DNA from: Ptychomitrium polyphyllum | Taxonomy: Eukaryota | Length of the DNA stretch: 64,000 bases | Direction of reading: 5' to 3' | NCBI GenBank assembly: GCA_973851085.1 | Contig: OZ316776.1 | Span: forward strand, 4,526,001 to 4,590,000 | Translations under genes and position numbers: made by a program | In this document: piece by piece, positions 12,644 to 31,329 of the stretch | How positions within the stretch are numbered: the stretch's first letter is position 1 | How the letters are laid out: each line of letters begins with the position of its first letter | The notes under the pieces: generated by a model | The model's input: the letters and a program-made list of their open reading frames with translations, nothing else | Told to the model about the DNA's origin: nothing | The model's database searches: none

Positions 12644-14140
12644 TATCGTGGTAAGAGTAGTTGTTATAGGAAATACTAGGCCTTTTTGCATCTAATTAAT
12701 CAAGTACAAGTTTTTTTCCTTAATAATAGAAACTATAACGTCCAATTACTTAATAGATATTTCTACATCTTTAATTTCTACTTCCAAACTCTTTTTTTCA
12801 CCATCTTAAAAGTAACTCAAGTATTTATCAATAATTCTATTTTATTTTTTTTAATATCCAAATTACATGTTCTCCTATATCTTCAAGCTCAAAGGTCTTA
12901 TGTTTTTAAGGTTTTAATGACATAAACACAAGACTCTCTAAGTACAACCCTTGAAATCTCTTATTTACAATCCAAGTGGTTGTTAAGAACCATATTTTCA
13001 AAAGTTTCATTTTTTCTGCCATAGCTCTTGGACCCCCTCTCCCCCCTTTACTTCATAATTCTATAACTTCCTTTCTACAACAAACCTAAACTTCAAACTT
13101 TATCCACATACTATCTATCTTACAATAAACATTTCACCAAATTTTCAACCTTAAAAGTCCTTCCAATCATCTCCAATGGTTCAAAATATGTAGCTCCAAA
13201 CTCTATTGAATACTGCCTTCAAATCCAGGTTGAATTTTTTTTTATTCTCCAACTATAAGAATCCATTATTCTTGAAAATTCTACACCATCATTCTAAAAT
13301 AGCCAAACTGCTATCCTACAAATTTCACTATTAAAAATCATTTTTACAAAAAGTTTCAAGTATTGAAATTAGTTGCTCTCAAAAACTCAAGGCAACTAAC
13401 TAAACTTTATTCAAACTAATACCATTGTCACATATTAACTTCAAAAGAAGCGTGTGAAGGCTTTTTGAAAAATTTACAAAAGAAGGAAAAAATCTAACAA
13501 AAATTAATTCAAACTAAGAAGTATGCAATGAAATATCATCCAAAGAAGGACTGCCTTCTTATTCAAGTGGGAGAGGCCACGAGAGAAGAAGAGGGCGGTG
13601 GTCAAATTGCTACATGTGACCCTTATCACTTTATATCATCCCTTATTTTTCAAGCCTTTATCTAATCATATCTTCAAATAAAAATCAACCTAAATTCTTT
13701 TGTAGTTTGAATTGTATAGTCTGAAAGAAAGTAGGAAAAAGATTGAAGTTTAATAAGAAACAAGTTAAAAATAATATCATCGTTAAGGTAGGATCAGATA
13801 CCAAATCATGAACTTGGTTGACTTAATAAGTTCTAGCTGCTCAATCAGTCCAAGTTTTATTCTTGTCAGATTCATTGAGTTGAACGGCAGCACTTGACTT
13901 GGTACTGCTAGCAAAAATGGTAGGCAGGAAAATATTACAGTCAATTGGCCTATTCATCCTAAACTAAGACAAGATTTTGTTCCACTTCCAAGATAAATAA
14001 AATTGTGGTTTTACTACAATTTTTTTTTATCTAATTTTTTATTTTTTTCTAATATTCTCTTCCAAATACAATAATTTAAATTCTACAAAATATCAAACAC
14101 TAGTTAAATTTTAAATTGTACAGCTGAATATATTACGACA
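12644..14140. mobile_element. ~1.5 kb insertion interrupting family A gag, probably a solo LTR of a third family
   Basis: gag reads ..GDTNQER | VAERRI.. across the insert. Termini TATCGTGGTA / TATTACGACA are imperfect inverted repeats resembling TG..CA ends. TSD is degenerate (GCGG/ATGG). Confidence 0.65.
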
Positions 14141-14375
14141 ATGGGTAGCTGAAAGAAGGATTTAGAACCTATAACAAGGAGAACGCTCAGCTGCTACATA
14201 TGCTGTAGAGTTTTACTAACTAGCTTGCAATCTTATTTGAAACAATAAGGCCTTACAATTCCAATGGAATTTAAGAGGGAATGTGAAGGATTTGTTACTC
14301 ACAATGCCAAAGGTTGAAACGTTGAACAAATTCATCACTCAAGCAATAGTACGTAACAATAGACTATTTGAATGG

Positions 14376-14952
14376 TGTCACGGACATAGATTATGCAACA
14401 TAATCCTTAGAACATTTTAGAACCTTCTAGAATACTATAATAGCTTCTTATAATACTTTTAAATGTCTCCATAGTCTTTCCATGTTCTTAAGAAGCTTCC
14501 TAGGAAAGTTCCATCGTTTTAAGAAATTTCCTACAAAGATTCCATCATCTTCAAAAATTTCCTAGGAAGGTTCTACCATCTTAGGAAACTTCCTAGGAAG
14601 GATCTACTTCTTTAGGAAACTTCCTAAGAAGGTTCGTTACCTTAGAAAACTTCCAAGGAAGGTTCCAGCTCCTTGGAAGCTTCTTAGGAAAGTTCCAATA
14701 TCTTAGGAAACTTCTTGGTAAGGTTTCTTAGACTTTCAGAACATTCTTAAGCCTTGTAGGAAGCTTCTTTAGAAGTATCCTAGAAGATACAAACGTCATA
14801 GTATAAATAGGAGGCAAGACAAGGTATTCTTTAGTCTTACCAACATAAGTTGTGGATCATCTTGAATCCTGCCTTGTTCTAGTCTTTGTATCAAAGTTCT
14901 TATTAATCATTAGCTCTCTGGAAGCTAATTCTTGTTTCTTGTATCTCTAATA
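14376..14952 (+). mobile_element. Solo LTR, family A, nested in family A gag
   Basis: Starts TGTCACGGACATAG; homologous to 11385-11892; perfect 5-bp TSD AATGG (14371-14375 / 14953-14957). Confidence 0.92.
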
Positions 14953-15663
14953 AATGGTGCCAAAAACAACGCTTCGATTGGCGACCGGTACACTAAGGTA
15001 TAACAACCACTTCTTCAAAAGTATTGATAAGTTAACCACAAGGGCCAGAACCTATGCAAATTGACGCTGTTCAGTTTAGACGTTTGACTCCAGAAGAAAA
15101 AAGAAAGGCGTCAAAGAAAAAACCTATATTTATATTGTAGCAAGTTTGGACATAAAGTGCGCAGTTGTCAAATAAAAGAATCTGCTTTTCAAATTCAAAG
15201 CACAATGGTAGAGTTGAAAAACGAGGTTGTCTAGTCACAATAGGAACCATGCAATTGAACACAACAAAGAAACGACCATCAAATCAAGGTCTCCTATTAC
15301 CTCCAACCTTACTTCTTGCTTTATATTTCTTATTAGAATCAAATTGTTAAATGATGAAATAGTTAGTAAAGCTCTTTTAGATACTGATGCAATGACATGC
15401 TTCATGGATAAGGATTTTGCAACCTAACACCACATGGTGTTTGTGAATAATTAACATTTCGCACTTATTAAAGTTATCGATGGACAATTTCTTGCATTTG
15501 GCAATGTTATTGAATAAATTCAATCTTTGGAGGATATTTTAAGAGACCAAGCGTTTAAGATTATCTTGAACATCATTCAATGCCGAACAAATTTTATTGT
15601 TTTGGACCTTTTTTGGTTTAAAGTACATAATCCAGACATTGATTGGCACTTACAAAGTGTGGT

Positions 15664-16822
15664 TGTTGCACACCTCTCCTTCAAAAGTGCCCACAATACT
15701 AAGGGCACAAAGGGGACCCCGGAGTGACGTTCAAGACTTGTGGCGCCAATAGTGAAGTGGCCCAAGTAGACCTAGCGTAGAAAGGATCTTGAGGGGGAGA
15801 AACATCCTTGCCCATGTAGACCGAGGGCCACAAGGAATAAATTGTAGGCATTGGAATACTCACAACAAGTTGATTATAGAATGCTAAAGATTGCTCAAAT
15901 CGGACAAGGGAGCTAAAAGATATGGCAGCCCAAAGTTGCGGCTACCAAGGGGCTGTTCTGGACTGTGGCAGCCCTACACAGTGACTGTACTGCACTAGAA
16001 CAATGCAAGGAGGAACTCCCTAGGAGTCCCGAACCTTGGAATAGGCATATCTCTCAAAATACTAAGTGAAATTGGACGTTTGAGGAATTTATTAGCATCT
16101 ACGCAAAGAGTAAACAACGATAGAGTGGTTACTTGATAGATTTGGACACCAAATGTAGAAGATATGGCTCCCTGAAGGTCTGCAAGAAGTTCCAAAGGCT
16201 TCCAGCGGTTAAGTTCCAAGGGAGATCAAGTGGTCTTCTAAAGTTTTTGGTGTGTCGGGGTTCAGCCAGCTATAGAGGGCTAGGGGGCCTGCTAAATCCC
16301 ACAGAGTACTATAGAGGAAGGCTGGTTGTCATCTCCACTTTCCTAGTGTCCCGGAAGGAATTAAGAGTAAGTCATGATTGGTGGAGCTAGTGTTGGGGCT
16401 TCACCACGGGGAATTCTACACCATTGTAAGTTGATGGGTGACTGATTTCACGAAAGAAACTAGTGAGATCAAAAGGATATGCTTGTTATCACTAAGTTGA
16501 GATGGTATCTTCACGCCAGCACTATGAACCCGGGGTGATCTTAGGATTACATAGGAATCATGTGTGGTATTGAGAAGACACTAGTAAGTGCAGTTAGGCC
16601 ATGTGGAATGGGAGTAACACCAAGTGAGGCGTTGGACATGAATAGAAGTCCGCACTTAACCATTGGCTAACAATTAATTGGGTGTCTTGAGAGAAATGGT
16701 AGGAAAAATGGAAACCAAGTCTGGAACTTGAAGAGTGAAAATAGAGGTTAACCATGTGCATGTGGAGGTGTATAGGGTTGATGGGTGTGACGTTGTTAAG
16801 GTGCATTACAAGGGTTGCGACA
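15664..16822 (+). mobile_element. Solo LTR, family B, nested between protease and RT of the family A element
   Basis: TGTTGCACACC...GGTTGCGACA, homologous to the LTRs at 31330 and 38491; TSD GTGGT/ATGGT. Confidence 0.92.
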
Positions 16823-17556
16823 ATGGTCCTAAGGAAAAAACGTCAAAGTACGAGAAATCTTGGACCATCATTTATTGGAGCTAAGGCATTTATGAGAGTG
16901 GCAAAAGATAAATCAATCTATAACATTTATGCTACGTCAATGTCTTGCTCTATAGTAAGACTAATCAGGGCTTACCTCATCAATATTAAAATTATAAAGA
17001 CATTTTTGAAAAAAAAAATGCGGATATATTATTTAAACATCGGCCTTACGATTGTACCATTGAATTGCAAAAAGGAGCCCAACTATTTTTTGAACCCATC
17101 TATAACCTATCACAAACCGAGTTGACTGCTTTGAGAAAATATATTGATAAATTTTTTGGAAAATGCTATATTCAACACCTTAAATCACGTGTTGAAACAC
17201 TCATTCTATTTGTAAAGAAGACGAATGGATCATTACGTATGTGCGTGGACTATTGAAGCCTCAATAAAGTGACCAAAAAGAATTGCCATCCATTATCATT
17301 AATCTCAAGATTCCTACAACAATTTAGCCAAGTAAAGATATTTATCAAAATTGATCTTAGGAAAGCCTACAATTTTGTACGCATCAAAGAAGGAGACGAA
17401 CGGAAGTTAATTTTTTTATCTAGATATTGCCATTTTGAATATAGCGTCATACTTTTTGGCCTTACTAATGCCCCTGCAGTCTTCCAATACATAATGAATG
17501 ATATCTTCCATGAATATTTGAACGATTTTGTTGCCATCTACTTAAATGATGTTTTG

Positions 17557-18462
17557 ATTGCTATTGGATTCTTTAGCTCTCCAAGTGTGCTGCTTTAAAT
17601 TGTTGGTGGTATTGAAACAAATAAGTTTCGTTTGAACTGTATTTAATAACTCTTGAAGGTCTACAATAGTTACAAACCTATTTTCTAATGTTCCAGGCAT
17701 GTTATCCGTTATGTTATACTATTAGAGACAAGAAGACTATGAATATCTTCAAAAGAGGATAATCCGCATCTTTTGAAAGATTGATCTTCCTTTAAAAGAA
17801 GTGATACTTGCTTTTAAAAGAAGAAACCAACTTATGGTGTCAGTTTAAAGGAGGGTAATCTGCAACCTCTAAGATGCTACGGGATCCTAAAGAAGATGGA
17901 TAATCCACTATTTTCTTCAAAGAACCTTAGCTCTAACGAAGTTAAAGAGGAATCTTGCTAAACTGTCAGGGACACAAGAAACAAGAAACAAAAAAAAAGT
18001 ATTTTCTAAGAATTAGCTTCTAAAGAACTAATGATTAACAAAAACTGACACAAAGACTAAAACAAGGTAGAATACAATATGGTCCACAACTTGTATTGGC
18101 AAGACTAAGGAATACCTTATTTTGCATCTTATTTATACTATGACGCTTGTATCTCTTGGGATACTTCTAAAGAAGCTTTCTACAAGGCTTAAAAATATTT
18201 GAAAAGTCTATAGAACCTTCCCAAGAAGTTTTATGAGATGGTGGAACCTTCTTAAAAAGCTTACAAGGAGTTGAAATCTTTAAAAGGTTCCAAAAATATT
18301 CTTAGGAAGGTTCTTCCAAGGTGGTGGAACCTTCCTAAGAAATTTCTTGAGGTGGTATATTTGGCTATGGAGAGATTAAAAGTATTTTAAGAAAGTACTT
18401 TAATATACCATAAGGTTTTAGAAGGTTCTAAAGTTTATATTGCATGATTTATAGTTATGATA
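17557..18462 (-). mobile_element. Inverted family A fragment: LTR (18462-17964), leader and start of gag, fused directly to the RT of the left element
   Basis: Reverse complement matches 11385-~12300. RT homology stops abruptly after YLNDVLI at ~17559. Confidence 0.9.
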
Positions 18463-21400
18463 GAAACCACACTTTAAGAATGCACTTCGGGGTCAGCCAA
18501 AACTTTCTAAATTGCACATCAACCACAACCAATGAGATCTCAACACATACAAAAAAAGCCCACTGTTTTAGATAGTCTTACGCTTTTCAATTTAATGCAT
18601 GGAAAAAGCTACAAGTTTATATTGCACACCAAAAATAGAACCTTGGTGTCTCTAGAATATAATCCTTAATGCATTCAATTAATTCAAAGAGATTGTTCAA
18701 TGCTTCATTTAGTGAGATTCCATGAAATGTCCATCTTAAAAAATTTGTTGAAAGCAAGCCAATGTTAAACCAAAAAACTTCCTACCATTCCTTGGCTTGG
18801 TAGTTTCCATTAGATGTTCTTTGTACAAAATGTTTTATATTATAATTGTTACAATTATTCACTAACTTTAGGTCTAAATTACTAAGGAATAATAATAAAA
18901 GATTAAAAATTAGTACTATGGTGCTCATATAAACAATTGAAATAATTTAAAAAAATAATGAAATGAAGAAAATAATAAGATCTTTTTAATTTCTTAAAAA
19001 TTAAATTTACAATTTTAAAAAGATATAATACAAGGTATTTAAAAATAATTCAATTTCTTAAATATTATATAGCTTAATTGTAAAATAAATATTATTTTTG
19101 AGTAAGTTATTTTAATTCTATTTATAATCCCTTTAATTAATTCCATTATTACTCAAAGTTTTTTAATTTAAAAATAAGTTGTTTCTTATAATTGATGTTA
19201 AGGGTCGGTTATTGATTGATACCTTGGATCGGTAACTTTTATAATTTGAGTGCTTAGAAATTAATACTCTACAGTTGATAATTGATATTTGATAGTTAAC
19301 GGTTACAATAAGTTATTATTAGAGGGCAATTACAATAAACCTTTCAACAAAAATCTTGGTAATTAATGATCTCTGCTTCATAATCTCTCATCAATAACTA
19401 ATTATTAATAATCAGTGTTCAATAATTAAACAACCAATTAAAATTAGAACTTAGGGCTTACATGTTAAATGGTTAGGTGAACTATTGTGTGAAAGCAACC
19501 CCATTTTTAAAGACAACATGTAACTATTACTTGTGTATAATTTAAATTTTGGAATTAACAAACTCTATTGTATGTTTTTCAAATTAATCAAGTTTTATTT
19601 TGCATTATCTTTTTACTTTATTTTTGGGTTAAACAAATGTGTTAAAGGAGTGTTAATCCTCAATTGGTAGTTTAAGATTGATTTGAGAGTTTTTTTGTTT
19701 ATACTACAAGCCAAGATTGTAGCATAATTCTTGGTTAAGAAATATCTAGTTGATCACTATGTGAACAATGATCAATTGGCTAGGAAATATTCAAGGGAGT
19801 ATTTTTGTTCTTAATAATTAATTGATATGTTACAATTATATGTTGATTTAGATATTAAAAATTCTAATTGTTATATATTAAGAAGAAATCTAGTTAATTC
19901 CTAAATCCCATTAAAATATAATATAAGTTATTTATAGTGTTAAGAATGTCTTTGAATAATACAAGGTATTTATAATGTATGAGTTTTATAAATTTTTTTT
20001 AATCAAATCTATATTTTTAAAACAATTTATTTTACCTTTAAAAATTATGGAATTTTTTAAAAATTTGAAGGATTTATGTTAAATTGTAGAAGCATATTCA
20101 ATAAATAAATAGAAGACATGTAATTTTTAAATTTTCATATCTTATTAGTATTTTGTAAAAATAAAATTTAGTAATTTAAATGATATATGGTATTAATATA
20201 AAAATGTTGTGAAGGATTTTGTGCATTTTTTAATTTTAATAATGTAAAATAAAATTTTAACTTATTAATATTTATAATTATAGAAGTTAAAGTTGCACTT
20301 TGAATTGAAAAGAGATTTATTGAATTTTTATTTGTATCTATCTTTAAAAAATATATATGCAAAATAAAAATATTACTATATCATTTATATTATTAAAATG
20401 AAATTAATTATTTAACCTTATTTAATAATGCATTTCTCGAATTAAAAATGCTTACAATTTTGCAATAAAATTTTTGTTTTCTTTTATTCACCTTATGGAT
20501 AAAATAAAATATTATAATTCCAACAAAACAAAAGCTTTGCATTGAGCTAAGCATTTTTTATATTTCTAAAAGTAAAATTAATATTAAGCAACTTAGATAG
20601 TATAAGTTTGTAGATGACATCATCATCAATACAATTTTGTTAATTATAAGTATTTTAAGTTGCATTAGAATTTGATATAGGAAATTGTTGTAGCAAAAAT
20701 AAGGATTGATTAGAATATGAGGCAAAAGCTTTGTATGAAGCTCAGAGCTAAAAAAAAAGCTTTAAAAGTTTTGTTGACTTTAAACTTTAAAAGAATTTTC
20801 TATTATGCTTTATTTTCTATTAAAACTACGTTATGAATTAAAAAAATTGCAATGTTTTATAAGACAAGATATGCAATGGTTGTTAAAGGAAATAAATTTT
20901 TCCCCCCAAGAAATATGCAATAATAAGTAAGATCAAATGTATTTGTAGTTGTTGTTAAAAAAACATAGTAATAAAGATTAAAAAAAATCATGGTAGTTGT
21001 TAAGTGATATAAAGAGGAATAACACTAGTGTTAGTGTGGTTGATCATTGTTTGTAGAATTCAACACAATTACATGAACATCCAAAAACTGTTTGTATGGC
21101 AGTATGTAATATATACACAGAAAAACCTACAAATTCTTTACATATATTATAAAAACACAACAATAAATAAAAACAAAAACATGAGGTAGAAAATAATTAA
21201 AATGCAACACCAATAACAATTATGTCTATTTAAAGTTATTTCAAATAACGTTATTTGCATTGGAACATATATCCATTGAACTGGATTAATGGTTAATACA
21301 GTGCATAAGTTTTATTTGTAGAATAAGACAAATTTTAGAGGCTTAACAATCTTTGTGTGTCGATTAGGTCAATGTTTTAATTAAATACATAAACTTACGA

Positions 21401-22581
21401 TTTTGGTTATAATTCTTGCATATCTACGTTGTACTTTTAACACTTTTAATTTGAATTTTAGTGAAAAATAAAAAAACCTACGAACCTATGAATCTTTATA
21501 TGGATACTGTGGTAATTGTTAACAAAACTAATATGTGAGCATGCTGTTACACGAATACCACCTCGTTATGAGTAAATATGGAGTTCAAATACAAAAAAGT
21601 TACGAATCATCTTCCTTGTTTTCAGGACTGTCTAAATACTTCGTAGTGAAGCCTTCCACCAATACCAGCCTGCATTTGTAGGTCTAATATCTACTAAACC
21701 CATTGATAGTCTCGGCTTTTTTACGCACACAATCCCCCGTGAAATATTCAGCGAGCCAGGAGAGTAATTTCGTCCCTAGCCTTCGCAGGTAGGTACGAAA
21801 GCGGCAAGCCCGGCAGGTACGAGAATGGCTGAGCAGATAGGTCCGGAAATGGCAGAGTAGGCAGGTACACAAACAACTCGGTTCGGTTGCTACCCACCCG
21901 GTGTCGGTGGAGCCTTGCAACGCAAGCGGAGGAGCATCCAGAGTCTTTAAGCGGTGCGCATTCTGAGCAGCTTAGTTTTGGAGGCGGTGAGGATTGCCTG
22001 TTAAAGTGCAGCAGTGATGGAACCCTAGGGTTTCGTGTGATGCGTCGGAGGAGGGTAGTTGGATAGAGTCGCGGCTGTGGCGAGACGAGGAGTCACGGCA
22101 GGGGTGGAGATGGCGTCCTGGATGTGGAGTTTCGCGTGGCCTGGGGATTAGGTCGGGGAGTTTGCCGATGTTCGAGTGAGGGTGGTGAAGTTCGTGAGTC
22201 TTGCTTGTCTTCTAGGGTCTGTAGGTAATGTGAGGATCGGCTTTAGTATGGTTGTTATCTTCGAGTTTATTTGTTTGGTGGACAGTAGAGAGGTGTGAAA
22301 TCTCTGAAGAAGGATGCAGGAGCTACTCTGTTAAGAGCACGGGAGCGTATGAAACAGGGGATTCGTAATCATGAGCAGCATCAGGATTGGTTTGTGCGCT
22401 TAAGCACGATTAATGGCGATTCTACTTCGAGAGGTGCGGAGTTTGTTGGATAGGGGAGGTGGTTGGACAGTAGAACCCTACGCGTAGCGACGTGTTGAGT
22501 TGCAAGTCGTGTTATGTTCTGGTTGCAAGATTTTTGCTGCCATTTTATGTAGTGGCTTCCACGGACTGGTGAGTACGCAGG

Positions 22582-30231
<7,650 letters not shown>

Positions 30232-31329
30232 AGATTTAGGTTTGGCAACTAATTCCACCGTGGCTATCAGTAGGTGAATGCCGGTGATGTGGCGTTACCA
30301 AGTGGATCTGTTCTTCTTTACGTTGATTTCCTCAAGCTAGTGTGCAGATCGACTTATTTCACTAACCACCTGCAACAAATGCAGCCGACGTAGGCAGTTT
30401 TTGGATAGGCAACTGCCATTATTCAGCAGCCATCTATAGATAAACAGGAATTACACAGCAGGGCACAAAAAGGCATGATGTCTAGCTGCTTAAACTAATT
30501 TTACATGATATGGATTTAGATCTGTTGTACCACCTGTGAAAGAAAGGCAATCCTCTGAGGCTACTCTGAGCAGCGAAAAACCTCTGGATAGTATTATTGC
30601 TCTCAAAAAGTTCTCGAATTTGATACAGGATCATGTATTATATTTTGATGATTCAAGGCAATTCTTAGGAGTGAGCTCAATTTCAACTCCTATTGAAACA
30701 TGACTTCAGTACAATATATGTTCATAAACAATAGTCTAAGTCCGTTTCAGTCAATTCTGCATGGATGAGATAAGTTTTTAGTGCCTTAAATTTATCTCAA
30801 GCATGTTGGATACTTATAATTGTTAAAAGCTTACAAGAAACCACTAGAAAGTATCTTCCTTTCTTCATCTAAAAGATTTTTTATTATGGTATAATTGAAT
30901 AATATAAATTTTCATTTGCTATATTATATTTTGCAGATTGGCACGTTAATAATTAACAATTTGGCTAAGCACAAGTATTATTATCTTATAAATTAGGTTT
31001 CTTGCATCATTTTCACCATAGATGTTGTATACCAATCTTTGAAGAATGCTCGCAACACTAAGGGCATAAGGGGGACCCTGGAATGACATCCGGGACTTAA
31101 AGTGCCGATGGTGCGGTGACCCAAGTGGGTCTAGTGTGAGAAAGGATCCTGAGGAAGAGGAACATCCTTATTCACAAAGACTAGGAGCCACAAAACAGAA
31201 GTCATAGGCATTAGATGCCTCACAACGAGTTGATTCTAAAATGCTAAGGATCGCTCAAATCGGACAAGAGAGCTAAAAGATATGGAACTCCAAAATTGAG
31301 GTTGTTCAGGAGCTGTCCTGGATTGTGGT

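Larger units (their letters stand above)
11385..17556 (+). mobile_element. Decayed, 3'-truncated Ty3/Gypsy retrotransposon (family A): 5' LTR 11385-11892, gag-protease-RT remnants, carrying three nested insertions
   Basis: LTR TGTCACAGAC...CCCTGACA. gag remnants EPKISMPEKFDGSR, PEPMQIDAV and a decayed zinc knuckle (YCSKFGHKVRSC). Protease ALLDTDA; RT motifs LRMCVDY, KIDLRKAY, FGLTNAPAVFQ, YLNDVLI. Many stops and frameshifts. Confidence 0.92.

Noticed and set aside
14490..14725. CRISPR-like regularly spaced palindromic repeats
   Set aside because: Units are contiguous with no unique spacers, lie inside LTRs of a eukaryotic retrotransposon, and there are no cas genes.
18470..21600. AT-rich stretch (also 49.5-52.4 kb, 56.4-57.4 kb, 61-63.3 kb) as possible MITE or helitron remnants
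   Set aside because: No convincing terminal repeats, TSDs or coding remnants by eye; left unannotated.
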